Of a stretch of DNA of 35,404 nt, positions 17,181 through 26,049 are shown piece by piece. The notes beneath the pieces were generated by a model. It was not told the origin of the DNA. It saw only the letters and a list, made by a program, of their open reading frames with translations, and did no database searches. Location: positions 1-35,404 of the forward strand of contig JASLCP010000025.1 of NCBI GenBank assembly GCA_030151825.1. Reading direction: 5' to 3'. Source of the stretch: Candidatus Saccharimonadales bacterium. GTDB lineage: Bacteria; Patescibacteriota; Saccharimonadia; Saccharimonadales; Saccharimonadaceae. A program made the position numbers and the translations under genes. Every line of letters begins with the position of its first letter. Positions within the stretch are counted from its first letter, which is position 1.

Positions 17181-18182
17181 TTATTTGCCCTTTTTTGTCG
17201 CAATCACTCGTTCAATCGCCTGATCAGATTGGCGCTGCTCTTTCTCTGATTTATACACATCGGGTTCGATATAAATAAGCCTAGCAATCGGAAAATCTCG
17301 TCGCAAACGTGCCTCAACTTCATCGATCGCCCACGCCACGCCTTTTGCACTATCGTGGCTACCGACAATTACTTTCATCGCAACGAACAGCTCGTTTGGC
17401 CCTGTATATAATGTCTTTAGGTCCACCACCTGGTCGATTGCCTCTACGGATAGAACGGTGTCGCGAATCTTTTTCTCCATCGCCGGATCAACCGATTCAC
17501 CAATCAATAGCGACTTTACTTCGCGAAACAAAAATACCGCCACACATACCAACAGCAGCCCGATCATCATTGTCGCCACTGTATCCCATAGCGGATTCTC
17601 GGTCAAAAGGGTCAATGTAATACCAATTCCCGCAAACGATAGACCCAAAAGTGCCGCCGAATCTTCAAGCGCCAGAACCACGTGATTCACTGATTTGGTC
17701 GCACGCAAGAATTGCCACCAATTCTGTTTCTGTGGCTTGAACTGTTTGGCCTCACGCAGCGCCGTACGCAATGCCAGCCCCTCAAATACCACCGCAATAC
17801 ACAGTACGATATAGGCAACAACCGGTGCCTCGATCATTGTTGGATGGCTTAGTTTCTGGAGGCCTTCGTATATTGCAAATGCTCCGCCAAGCAAAAACAA
17901 GACAATTGATATCATAAACGCATAGACAAAGTGCGCCCGACCATACCCAAAAGGATGGACACGCGTTGGCGCACGACGTGATTGTTTCGAACCAATCAAC
18001 AGCAATACTTGGTTACTGCTATCGGCTAGCGAATGGACACCCTCGGCCAACATTGATGTTGCGCCCGTTAAAAGAAACGCAATAAACTTACTAATTGCAA
18101 TGCCAACATTGGCAGCAAATGCGGCAAAGATAGCTCCTTTTCCCTCTTGAGGTGATGTAGATGATGTATCAGAAGATTCCAT
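17181..18182 (-). CDS. Cation diffusion facilitator (CDF) family metal efflux transporter
   Basis: 333 aa with six TM helices. HSLADSSNQ motif in TM2 and a C-terminal cytoplasmic domain. Confidence 0.85.
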   Translation of the reverse strand: MESSDTSSTSPQEGKGAIFAAFAANVGIAISKFIAFLLTGATSMLAEGVHSLADSSNQVLLLIGSKQSRRAPTRVHPFGYGRAHFVYAFMISIVLFLLGGAFAIYEGLQKLSHPTMIEAPVVAYIVLCIAVVFEGLALRTALREAKQFKPQKQNWWQFLRATKSVNHVVLALEDSAALLGLSFAGIGITLTLLTENPLWDTVATMMIGLLLVCVAVFLFREVKSLLIGESVDPAMEKKIRDTVLSVEAIDQVVDLKTLYTGPNELFVAMKVIVGSHDSAKGVAWAIDEVEARLRRDFPIARLIYIEPDVYKSEKEQRQSDQAIERVIATKKGK

Positions 18183-18222
18183 ACGGCGTTTTCTACACCC
18201 TAGTATAAAGCATCATGCCACT

Positions 18223-18768
18223 TTATGCATCAGCTAGTGCGGCGAGCTTTTTTGCCGTTGTGATATTACGGACTGTCATTTGCTGATATAACGGAGTTCC
18301 AACGACCTTGAGCAGACTATAGCGTGATTGATTCTTGCGCGACACCATTGCTAACACTGCGCCATCAACGTATATCATTGTTTCGTATTCGGGCCGATAG
18401 CCGATTTGGTCCAAAATCGTCGGTACATTTGCCCCATCAAACAAATACAATACATCAGCCTTGTAGCCCGACTTATCAGGACGTGGCGAATCGTTGGTCC
18501 ATTCCGGCGGAATTGCGGCAGCAATCGCTTGTGCTTTCTTTGCGGACAACATCAACGTTGGAATCACAAACCCAAAGTGTAATTCAAGCGTTGCACATAC
18601 AGCTGCCACCGTCGGCGCATGCTCATGTGAGGCAACAGCGTTTCCCGAGTTGATATACACCACGATATCAGAAAATCCTAGCCCTTCAAGCACCGCATAA
18701 AACTCAGCTTTCGGGACACGGCGTCCCCCGCCAACATTCACGCCCCGAAGTAAAATAACATACCTCAT
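18223..18768 (-). CDS. DUF1697 domain-containing protein
   Basis: ORF trimmed to ATG 18768 (MRYVILLRGVNVGGGRRVPKAEF), which is the canonical DUF1697 N-terminus. Its start overlaps the upstream stop by 1 nt (TAATG). Confidence 0.7.
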   Translation of the reverse strand: MRYVILLRGVNVGGGRRVPKAEFYAVLEGLGFSDIVVYINSGNAVASHEHAPTVAAVCATLELHFGFVIPTLMLSAKKAQAIAAAIPPEWTNDSPRPDKSGYKADVLYLFDGANVPTILDQIGYRPEYETMIYVDGAVLAMVSRKNQSRYSLLKVVGTPLYQQMTVRNITTAKKLAALADA

Positions 18769-19340
18769 TACTTGATTTTTGCGTAGTGGCGCAACCCCAG
18801 TACCACCAACAGTGCCATCACTATCGCACCGGCAAACGCTGCAAGTGCAGCATATTTCGCAATCATGCCAAATGTCCAAAATGCATAGCCACTTCCAAGC
18901 AGCATACCACGGAGGGTTTCACCCTGGAATAACGTCGCTTTCAAACCAGCGAGTTTCTGATCGGTAGGATGTTGCATTGACTCAGTACTAATCTCAGCAT
19001 ATGTTTTGCCGTTAGCCATTGCCCGCAAGTGCGCTGCAATAAAGTTGTCAGCATATACCTTTGCCTGATCACCTGTCGTCAATTGTTGCCCAACGTACGG
19101 CTTAATTGCCTGTTGATCAGTTGCGTCAAGAGCAGCAAACGCCTTGCTATCTTTTTCGGGGAAATAAATGTGCTGCGCCGACAGTTGATCGGTTACCATG
19201 CCGGTCGCAAATGTGTAGCCGTACCACGCGAGTCCACCAACAGCCAGCAGCACCAAAGTTGCCGCCGTCCCCAACAAAATAAATACTTTATCAATTGCTT
19301 TACGCTCTGTGTTTTTTGCCATAGTCCGAAGGCCTTCCAT
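18768..19340 (-). CDS. Hypothetical bitopic/2-TM membrane protein
   Basis: 190 aa. N-terminal TM helix (VFILLGTAATLVLLAVGGLAWYGY), an extracytoplasmic domain of about 110 aa, and a C-terminal hydrophobic region. No family recognised. Alternative start at 19322. Confidence 0.5.
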   Translation of the reverse strand: MEGLRTMAKNTERKAIDKVFILLGTAATLVLLAVGGLAWYGYTFATGMVTDQLSAQHIYFPEKDSKAFAALDATDQQAIKPYVGQQLTTGDQAKVYADNFIAAHLRAMANGKTYAEISTESMQHPTDQKLAGLKATLFQGETLRGMLLGSGYAFWTFGMIAKYAALAAFAGAIVMALLVVLGLRHYAKIK

Positions 19341-19397
19341 GTCAGTTATATACTTATGCTTTTAGTATACACGATTTATCAATTTATCAGCATATGA

Positions 19398-19787
19398 CTA
19401 CGGTGAAACAACGATCTTATCATCGGCTGTCGCAATGCGGTACATAAATATACTACACATCAGCGCAACACCTCCTACCCATACCGTTATGACGACATTT
19501 TGCGTGGCAAGACCGACAATAATTGTCGAAAGCCAAGCGCTTGTTTGTGCAATTATTTTAACGCGGCGTGTCACACTGCGTTCACGCTCAAACCTACGCG
19601 CCTCGGCAAGGGCTGTCTTTAAAATCGGCAGACGCTCTAGTTGACGTCGCAGTCGCACACTTGACTTGCTGAATGCCCATAGCGCAATGATCAGAGGCAT
19701 CGTTGTCGGCACACCAGGCAACCACACACCAACAATCGCAATCATCGCAAAGACGCCGCCCAACACACCAAAAAGGAATCGCGTCAT
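19398..19787 (-). CDS. YbaN/DUF454-family inner membrane protein
   Basis: 129 aa. VWLPGVPTTMPLIIALWAFSKSSVRLRRQL matches the YbaN pattern LP.lPTT.f.l.A...F.rSS.R. There is a 4-nt overlap with the upstream gene. Confidence 0.75.
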   Translation of the reverse strand: MTRFLFGVLGGVFAMIAIVGVWLPGVPTTMPLIIALWAFSKSSVRLRRQLERLPILKTALAEARRFERERSVTRRVKIIAQTSAWLSTIIVGLATQNVVITVWVGGVALMCSIFMYRIATADDKIVVSP

Positions 19788-20350
19788 ATCCTACCACCAG
19801 TAGACATCGTGAGCGGATATGGCACAACCTGCCCATTCGCTGGCTTTTCAATTGTCAACATCTGATCAATTGGCCGTTGCTGCGCCAGGCACATCGACAT
19901 ACGATACGTTCCGTCGTGAGCCACTACAAGCACATCACCATCAGCTGCAAATGTTGTAATCATCGCGTTCGCCCTGGCGATCCGATCAGCAAATCGTTGG
20001 ATACTCTCACCGCCAGCTGCCACCACTTCCTCAGACGTAGCGCTATGATATGCAGTGACCGAGCCGCCCTCGAACATTCCGGCATCTCGCTCTTTCAGCT
20101 CGTCAATAATCACAATCGACGACTCGGGATAATCACACTCGCGCGCAATTGTCTTGGCTGTATCAAGCGCCCGCGAAAGCGACGATGACACGATCGTCGC
20201 AAACACCAGTGCGTCAGTACGAATACGCACTGCCTCGTCATTTGCCTGCTTTTGTCCTTTGAGCGTCAGTGGAGATTCGCTTGCTCCAGCTAGTACTCCA
20301 TCCGCGTTCGCCTGACTTTCTCCATGACGCACAAAATACACCGCTCCCAT
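19784..20350 (-). CDS. Histidine phosphatase family protein (phosphoglycerate-mutase-like)
   Basis: 188 aa. Contains the catalytic RHG motif (VYFVRHGESQANADGVLAG) and a later histidine (VVAHDGT). Confidence 0.8.
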   Translation of the reverse strand: MGAVYFVRHGESQANADGVLAGASESPLTLKGQKQANDEAVRIRTDALVFATIVSSSLSRALDTAKTIARECDYPESSIVIIDELKERDAGMFEGGSVTAYHSATSEEVVAAGGESIQRFADRIARANAMITTFAADGDVLVVAHDGTYRMSMCLAQQRPIDQMLTIEKPANGQVVPYPLTMSTGGRI

Positions 20351-20352
20351 AC

Positions 20353-21747
20353 CTATTCTCCCACCGCCATCCTGCCGATGCGCTCACTCCGGCGCTGCTG
20401 ATGACCTCGCTTTTTACCAAGCAACAGCCCGACCGTCAGCCAAAACATCCCCACACAAACGGCAACAGTCAACATCGGTACCACCCCAAACTCAACCACC
20501 GCAACGGCAGCAGTTGCCGTCACAATACCCCCACCCATAAACGGTTCATACGCCAACTGCTTGTACGCAAATGTCTCACGTGCGCCTGTACGATTAAGTG
20601 GATCAGCCAAGCGATTCAGCAGCAGTCCCGTAGCAGTTGTCCCCAATGCCTGCCCCAAATCCGTCATACCGTACTCAAACCAATGTCGCCGAAAAATCCG
20701 CGGCGCCAATACAAAGAACGCCACGAGCACCCATACGATACCCACAATTGCCAGCAATACAAACGATGCTACGTTATGCGCAATCACGCCGAGTGATATT
20801 GTCCCAATTGCCGTGATAATCAGCAGATCCAGCGCAATCGAACTATATGCATATATCACACCAGTCGGTACTCGCTGGTCAAGTTTCAACATGCTCAGCA
20901 ACAGCTGTACCAGCAGTCCGCCAAACATCACAAAGGTAAATAGCGGCATATGTGGGAAAATCTGTATTGCCACTTGCCCACCAAATAGCGATCGCTCCAT
21001 CCAAATCATTCCCTCAAGTAACAACCATCCAAATAGAATCGCTAGCACAATACACGCAATTGCCGCCACATGTTGACGCGGATTTGTCTCGAGTGATCGC
21101 GTCAAATGCGTCAAGCTATAACCGTTTTTAATCATGTGTCTCTGCTGCAATTTCATCGATGCCCGGTCAAGCACTCGGCCAATTCGCCGGTTATGGATAT
21201 TGATAATAATAATCCCCAAAATCACCGCTGATACAATACTAATCGTCGCTAACCCCATTGCAATATCTGTTGCCTCAGGCCAGCCCATTTCGGCAAATGT
21301 TGGCGCCAACCCAGCTGCCGTCCCATGCCCGCCCGAATAGCTAATTTCAAGCAGCGTTCCAAATGCTGGCGGCGCACCAAATACAGGCCCCAGCAACACC
21401 AGCACCAATAGTAGTGCAATCACATACATTCCCCACGCAATCGTATTACCAAATGCGATCATCGATCCGGCCTGTTTCCATACCTGTGACGGCTTTGGAA
21501 TAGGCTTACCAATAAATAATCCAGCAAACACAATATTAATCAGCAGTGCCGGTAATGCACCCAAAAATGATGCGATATCCGTTGGTACCGCGCCAAATGC
21601 TTGCGGCCCCAAGATCAGCAATAATACACCGCCAACAATCGAGCTCGGGATAAAATAACGTTGCAGTAATGATGTGCGACGCTTAATCAGCCGTGCCAAA
21701 ATCCACACCAATGTGAGTACCGCGATCGCCTGAAACCATATAGACAT
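20353..21747 (-). CDS. gltS: Sodium/glutamate symporter GltS-family (ESS) transporter
   Basis: ORF trimmed from a TTG start at 21774 to ATG 21747 (MSIWFQAIAV...). ISYSGGHGTAAGLAPTFAEMGWPEATDIAMGLAT parallels E. coli GltS ITLSGGHGTGAAWSKLFIERYGFTNATEVAMACAT. About 10-12 TM helices. Confidence 0.65.
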   Translation of the reverse strand: MSIWFQAIAVLTLVWILARLIKRRTSLLQRYFIPSSIVGGVLLLILGPQAFGAVPTDIASFLGALPALLINIVFAGLFIGKPIPKPSQVWKQAGSMIAFGNTIAWGMYVIALLLVLVLLGPVFGAPPAFGTLLEISYSGGHGTAAGLAPTFAEMGWPEATDIAMGLATISIVSAVILGIIIINIHNRRIGRVLDRASMKLQQRHMIKNGYSLTHLTRSLETNPRQHVAAIACIVLAILFGWLLLEGMIWMERSLFGGQVAIQIFPHMPLFTFVMFGGLLVQLLLSMLKLDQRVPTGVIYAYSSIALDLLIITAIGTISLGVIAHNVASFVLLAIVGIVWVLVAFFVLAPRIFRRHWFEYGMTDLGQALGTTATGLLLNRLADPLNRTGARETFAYKQLAYEPFMGGGIVTATAAVAVVEFGVVPMLTVAVCVGMFWLTVGLLLGKKRGHQQRRSERIGRMAVGE

Positions 21748-21754
21748 GATTTCT

Positions 21755-21763
21755 AGTATAACA
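21755..21763 (-). promoter_or_regulatory. Extended -10-like box TGTTATACT upstream of gltS-like gene
   Basis: The minus strand reads TGTTATACT, 7 nt from ATG 21747, with no Shine-Dalgarno. Confidence 0.4.
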
Positions 21764-21834
21764 ACTTTTTTCAAAAAAGCTTGTGGTCAGCTCACCTTTA
21801 ACCACTTCCAATGCTATGCTACACTGAAATTAGT

Positions 21835-22479
21835 ATGAAACTGACACGATCAGAAATTATCCAAGCCCAATGTGCGCTTATTGTCGCTATCCTTTTGCAG
21901 ATTGCCGTGTGGCGCATGAATCACGAGATGTTCTCAAACTTCCAATATATTATTATCGTCGTCGAATTGGCACTGACCCTACTCATTGGTCTCACGACAG
22001 GCACAAAAAACACTCACGGACGCGCCCTGTACCATGGTGCATCAACCGCACTCCTTGGTGTCGTCACCGTAGCTAATTTCGCGTCACTAACGGTCGTCGT
22101 CTACGCGCTCGTGACTGGTCATATTACTGACGGGGCTGCGCTGCTCGGTTCAGCTCTGGCCATCTTCTTCACCAACGTTATCGTTTACGCTCTGTGGTAC
22201 TGGGAAATCGATAGCCCTGGCCTGACTAATCGTCAATGGACAAAAAGCGACAAAGACTTTCAGTTCACCCAACACAATTTGCCACACGAATTTCCCGGCT
22301 GGAAACCCGAATTCGTTGACTACTTATATATATCGGTGATCAATTCACTCAACGGTGCCAATACCGGTGCTCAGGCGCTAACCAAACAAGCAAAAATGCT
22401 GATGGCCACCCAAGCAGCAATTAGTATTTTTACGCTCGCACTGGTCGTTGCCAGGTCAGTCGGTATTCTCGGCAACTAG
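21835..22479 (+). CDS. DUF1345-family membrane protein
   Basis: ORF trimmed to ATG 21835 (MKLTRSEI...). The C-terminal block FVDYLYISVINSLNGANTGAQALTKQAKMLMATQAAISIFTLALVVA resembles the DUF1345 signature (DFLYFSF...T..D......R......q...SF). Confidence 0.55.
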   Translation: MKLTRSEIIQAQCALIVAILLQIAVWRMNHEMFSNFQYIIIVVELALTLLIGLTTGTKNTHGRALYHGASTALLGVVTVANFASLTVVVYALVTGHITDGAALLGSALAIFFTNVIVYALWYWEIDSPGLTNRQWTKSDKDFQFTQHNLPHEFPGWKPEFVDYLYISVINSLNGANTGAQALTKQAKMLMATQAAISIFTLALVVARSVGILGN

Positions 22480-22481
22480 GT

Positions 22482-22513
22482 AAAACAGCGCGCAATAATC
22501 GGCGCGCTGTTTA
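22482..22513. terminator. Bidirectional intrinsic terminator between the convergent DUF1345 and hdeD-like genes
   Basis: 11-bp perfect stem AAACAGCGCGC (22483-22493) / GCGCGCTGTTT (22502-22512) with an 8-nt loop. T-runs follow on both strands (TGTTTA on plus, TGTTTTAC on minus). Confidence 0.7.
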
Positions 22514-22540
22514 GTAGGTGTCGGTACTCTCACTTATCAC

Positions 22541-23092
22541 TTACGAGCGAACACGAAAGGCCAATCCAACATTGGCGGCACCGCTGAGCACCAAATATAG
22601 TCCAAACGCCCAGACAAACACCAAGCCAGACGCTGCTGGATGCGCCAACACAACCGCGCCAAGTACGACGCCCAGTACGCCGGCAACAATATGGAACCAG
22701 CGATTATCAACCACCTCCTTATCTTTCGAGAACATCCCGACAACAAAGTCGACCACACCACGCGCAATCAGCGTAAATGCGACGAGCATAATAATAACCG
22801 CCACCGTCACTTCAGGATTACGTAGCAGATAAATGCCCAGCCCTACTGCGAGCAAACTAAAGACCGATTCCAGCCACCACATACTTGTGCGGCCAACACC
22901 CAAAAAACTATGTACCAGACTGACAATTCCCCAGACCAATACCAATACACCGAACAAACTCACGAACAATGACGCAGATAATCCGGGCCATACTAAAATA
23001 ACGATGCCAAACAGCACCGCCAGAACACCTTGGGCAACCAGCACACCAGCCAGTCGATCCCGTACTACTGTTTCCAATTCTCCTCTTGCCAT
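22541..23092 (-). CDS. HdeD-family / DUF308 acid-resistance-type membrane protein
   Basis: 183 aa with repeated DUF308 TM hairpins (LFGIVILVWPGLS..., VLGVVLGAVVLAHP...). A perfect RBS AAGGAGGTGAT lies upstream. Confidence 0.65.
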   Translation of the reverse strand: MARGELETVVRDRLAGVLVAQGVLAVLFGIVILVWPGLSASLFVSLFGVLVLVWGIVSLVHSFLGVGRTSMWWLESVFSLLAVGLGIYLLRNPEVTVAVIIMLVAFTLIARGVVDFVVGMFSKDKEVVDNRWFHIVAGVLGVVLGAVVLAHPAASGLVFVWAFGLYLVLSGAANVGLAFRVRS

Positions 23093-23212
23093 ATATCACC
23101 TCCTTATCAGTGAATAGGTAATTGTGGCCTCAGTATACTCCTCGCATTCAGGTTTGCCTAGTGCAAAATGCCTTTGCTTATATCACCCCTCGTTACGCGC
23201 TATACTAAGGGT

Positions 23213-23806
23213 ATGAAACTAACTGCTGCCGAGCGTACTTTACAGACACTTGACCCTATTCTTGGAACACTCATTACCCAACATGGGACGTTGCCGTTAC
23301 GTCCGACACGCGGCTATTTCGAGGATCTTGCGCGGTCGATTGTATCGCAACAAATTTCGGTCAAAGCCGCTGCCAAAATTTTTGAACGGTTCACTAGGGC
23401 TACTGATCTACAGCCAGAAAAAGTATTGGAGCTGACCGATACCGACATCAAGACGATAGGTCTATCTGATCAAAAATCGCGCTATCTGCATGACCTGGCT
23501 CAACACTTCGTTGATGACCAAGCAGTACTTGATCATCTCGAAACGCTCAGTGACGACGATGTTATTGGCGAACTTACCCGGGTGAAAGGTATCGGCACCT
23601 GGACGGCTCAAATGTTTCTCATATTCACATTACATCGCCCCGATATCTTTGCGCCCGATGATCGCGGTCTGCAATTAGCGGTCGAAAAATTATACGAACA
23701 CACGTTTACGCACGACGAACTCGCGCAATTTGCCGAGCGCTGGGCGCCGTACCGCTCGACAGCCTGTCTGCATTTGTGGCATTCGCTCGATAACAAACCC
23801 CAGTAG
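23213..23806 (+). CDS. DNA-3-methyladenine glycosylase II-like (AlkA/HhH-GPD superfamily)
   Basis: ORF trimmed to ATG 23213 (MKLTAAERT...). HhH-GPD block VKGIGTWTAQMFLIFTLHRPDIFAPDDRGL, with the catalytic Asp in context PDD. Confidence 0.75.
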   Translation: MKLTAAERTLQTLDPILGTLITQHGTLPLRPTRGYFEDLARSIVSQQISVKAAAKIFERFTRATDLQPEKVLELTDTDIKTIGLSDQKSRYLHDLAQHFVDDQAVLDHLETLSDDDVIGELTRVKGIGTWTAQMFLIFTLHRPDIFAPDDRGLQLAVEKLYEHTFTHDELAQFAERWAPYRSTACLHLWHSLDNKPQ

Positions 23807-23809
23807 CGA

Positions 23810-24721
23810 CTACACAGCCGCCCTGAGTTTCGCTTCGTGCTTTTGCCGGCACTCGTCGGTATGAAACAACAAATCAGGGTTTTGCTTGCAGTGCAAACAA
23901 ATCAACACCAAATCATTACATTCCATGTGGGCGCAGTTTTCAAAATTATTCGTCGGACCGCCACAGTGCGTACATTCACCAATCGTCTTGGCATGGTCGC
24001 TAAAATCGATCGTCATGCGGTTATCGAATACACGAAGGGAACCTTCCCATAGACCATCGTCGCCGTATGCCTCGCCATACTTGACGATGCCACCATCGAT
24101 TTGATAGACATCTTTAAATCCGCGTTTTTTCATCATGGCGCTAATAGCTTCGCAGCGAATACCGCCCGTGCAATAGGTGATAATTTTTTTGTCTTTGATA
24201 TCATCGTACTTGTCGCTTTCCAGTTCGGCAATAAAGTCGCGCGAGGTATTGGTGTTTGGTACGACGGCATTTTTGAATTTACCAATTTTGGCTTCGTGGG
24301 CGTTGCGGCCGTCAAAAAACACCACATCGTCGCCATATTTTTCGATAAGCTCGTGGACTTCGCGTGGTTTTAGATGCTTGCCACCACCAACAACTCCACT
24401 TTCGTCCACCTCGATTTCGTCATCACTATTTTGAAAGCCTACCAGTTCGCGGCGTACCTTCACGCTCATGCGTGGAAAATCTTCACGGCCACCGTCACTC
24501 CACTTAAATACCGTATTTTTAAACCCAGAGAACTTTTTTGTCTCGCGAATATACGTCTTAAGGTCATCCATCTCGCCGCCAACCGTCCCATTCAGCCCCT
24601 GTTCACTCACCAAGATTCGCCCTTTCAGATTCAGGCTATCAGTCAGTGTCTTTTGCCACAATTTTATCGTTTCCGGGTCCTTGATGGGCGTAAACTTATA
24701 ATAGAGGAGAATTCTTTGCAT
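23810..24721 (-). CDS. trhO: Rhodanese-domain tRNA uridine(34) hydroxylase (UPF0176/YceA, TrhO)
   Basis: 303 aa. N-terminus ILLYYKF...GRILVSEQGLNGTVGG, rhodanese active-site loop YCTGGIRCE, and the C-terminal Cys-rich tail typical of TrhO. Confidence 0.85.
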   Translation of the reverse strand: MQRILLYYKFTPIKDPETIKLWQKTLTDSLNLKGRILVSEQGLNGTVGGEMDDLKTYIRETKKFSGFKNTVFKWSDGGREDFPRMSVKVRRELVGFQNSDDEIEVDESGVVGGGKHLKPREVHELIEKYGDDVVFFDGRNAHEAKIGKFKNAVVPNTNTSRDFIAELESDKYDDIKDKKIITYCTGGIRCEAISAMMKKRGFKDVYQIDGGIVKYGEAYGDDGLWEGSLRVFDNRMTIDFSDHAKTIGECTHCGGPTNNFENCAHMECNDLVLICLHCKQNPDLLFHTDECRQKHEAKLRAAV

Positions 24722-24729
24722 ATATTCCC

Positions 24730-24758
24730 ATTATAGCACATTTGGCCTCTGTTGTCAC
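24730..24758 (-). promoter_or_regulatory. Sigma70-type promoter of trhO (probable leaderless transcript)
   Basis: On the minus strand: GTGACA (24753-24758), a 17-nt spacer, then TGCTATAAT (24730-24738). The -10 box ends 8 nt before ATG 24721. No Shine-Dalgarno. Confidence 0.55.
24733..24742 (+). repeat. Left copy of the 10-bp direct repeat ATAGCACATT flanking the GT2 cassette
   Basis: Identical 10-mer at 24733-24742 and 27039-27048. The left copy overlaps the trhO -10 box. The right copy lies 1 nt after the cassette terminator. Confidence 0.45.
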
Positions 24759-24822
24759 GGGGCAGCTTGAGAGCTTTTGTCAAGATAGAGTCATTCTAGT
24801 ATCATTTTCTTAAAAAATAATA

Positions 24823-24851
24823 TTGCTTTTTTAACATAAATATTGTATAAT
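24823..24851 (+). promoter_or_regulatory. Candidate promoter of the GT2 cassette
   Basis: TTGCTT (24823-24828), a 17-nt spacer, then TATAAT (24846-24851) in a very AT-rich stretch. This implies a 5' UTR of about 85-90 nt before ATG 24943. Confidence 0.5.
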
Positions 24852-24905
24852 CAAGCAGCTGCCTTTACACCTCTCACCAGAGTGCTCAAAGACAAGTACG
24901 TTAAC

Positions 24906-24917
24906 AAGTAGTTACTC
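24906..24917 (+). repeat. Left arm of a perfect 12-bp inverted repeat (AAGTAGTTACTC) in the GT2 5' UTR
   Basis: Its reverse complement, GAGTAACTACTT, occurs at 26280-26291. Each arm is itself a near-palindrome (AGTA-nn-TACT). The arm lies 25 nt upstream of the GT2 ATG. Confidence 0.6.
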
Positions 24918-24942
24918 CAAACAAACTTTCGAAAGGACGTTC

Positions 24943-26019
24943 ATGACTACTGTCGTAGCGCTGATTCCAGCGTACAACGAAGCAGAGAGCATCGAGGAGA
25001 CAATCAAAACACTCCTTGCTCAGAGCCGTCAACCTGATTTGATCGTTGTCATCCCCAACGGATGCACCGACAAAACGGCAGACATTGCCCATCGATACAG
25101 CTCTCGGTCGCTTGTCGTCCATGAACTGCCTCGATTGGAGCACAAAAAGCCCGAGGCACTCAACATCGCGTGGCATACCTATGCCAGAATCGCTGATATT
25201 GTCGTCTGTCTCGACGCCGACACGACACTTCCGCCCAATGCGGTCGCTGACTGGATCCAAGAGTTCGATACACGACCGAATCTCGGTGGCTCGAGTTCGA
25301 AGTTCACGATGCGTGGTGAAGACTTTTGGACGCGATTGCAGCGCTCTGAATTCGCCAAGTGGACAGACACGGCACTGCGTCGCAAGCACACCACTGTACT
25401 TGCCGGTACCGCTTGCGCCATTCGTGGCGAGGCACTGCGTGCAGTTAGTCAGCTCCCAAACCGACAAGGTCCGTGGTCGTACAATTCACAAGTCGAGGAC
25501 TTCGAAGTCACCTATCAGATTCGAAGACTCGGCTACGTCTGCCACGTCTCACCGACCGTCCGCGCTTACACCGACTCCATGAAGAGCCTTCAGGCACTGT
25601 GGGGTCAGCGTATGAAATGGCAGGTCGGCACCATCGAAGACCTCCTTAGTCTCGGTGTCAACCGACTGACGTTCATCGATTGGTGGCAGCAAACCGTCGG
25701 AATATTCATGGCACTCATGCGAGTACTGTGGTTATTCCTACTCGTGTTTGCAGCTGGCGCTCACCTGCTACATTTCAGCTGGCTGTGGTGGATTGCTCTC
25801 CCAGCAACCTTCGCACTATTTGAAGGTCTGATGAGCCTGCGCATCCCTCATCGTAACAAGTGGGATATCGTGTATGGATTTGCCATCGTCCCGTCCGAGA
25901 TATTCGCGATGGTACGATCGGCATGGTTCTTGACCGCATGGGCGCAAGTCCTGTGGTCAAAGATGACTGGCTCCCGCAAGGACTACTGGTCACTGCAATA
26001 CAAAGCAGAATCGCACTAG
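24943..26019 (+). CDS. Processive family-2 glycosyltransferase (D,D,D,QxxRW type; PgaC/IcaA/cellulose-chitin-synthase-like) with a C-terminal TM bundle
   Basis: 358 aa. ALIPAYNEAESI..., NGCTD, DADT, VEDFEVT (ED catalytic-base context), and GQRMKWQVG (QxxRW), followed by 3-4 TM helices. There is no N-terminal TM helix. Codon usage differs from the neighbours: hand counts give TTC about 11 vs TTT about 4 and CTC about 11, whereas the first 180 codons of the ABC gene give TTT about 10, TTC 1 and CTC 0. Confidence 0.85.
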   Translation: MTTVVALIPAYNEAESIEETIKTLLAQSRQPDLIVVIPNGCTDKTADIAHRYSSRSLVVHELPRLEHKKPEALNIAWHTYARIADIVVCLDADTTLPPNAVADWIQEFDTRPNLGGSSSKFTMRGEDFWTRLQRSEFAKWTDTALRRKHTTVLAGTACAIRGEALRAVSQLPNRQGPWSYNSQVEDFEVTYQIRRLGYVCHVSPTVRAYTDSMKSLQALWGQRMKWQVGTIEDLLSLGVNRLTFIDWWQQTVGIFMALMRVLWLFLLVFAAGAHLLHFSWLWWIALPATFALFEGLMSLRIPHRNKWDIVYGFAIVPSEIFAMVRSAWFLTAWAQVLWSKMTGSRKDYWSLQYKAESH

Positions 26020-26049
26020 GCGGACTCTGCCCTAAGAAAGGAATACACC

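Noticed and set aside
18769-18879. Upstream extension of the DUF1697 ORF (track start 18879)
   Set aside because: The Cys-rich extension overlaps the 3' end of the preceding membrane-protein gene. MRYVILLRGVNVGG at 18768 is the canonical family start.
20269-21076. Plus-strand ORFs of 171-175 aa (20269..20796, 20561..21076) and 19703..20188
   Set aside because: They are antisense to the gltS-like, histidine phosphatase and ybaN genes. The His/Pro/Arg/Ser-rich translations are typical of shadow frames.
22518-22832. 104-aa Thr/Pro/Ser-rich plus-strand ORF
   Set aside because: It is antisense to the DUF308/HdeD-like gene, which has a perfect RBS and characteristic TM repeats.
24901-25582. ORFs 24901..25467 (-) and 25046..25582 (+) overlapping the GT2 gene
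   Set aside because: The GT2 frame carries all the family-2 catalytic motifs. The alternatives are Arg/Ser/Cys-rich with no motifs.
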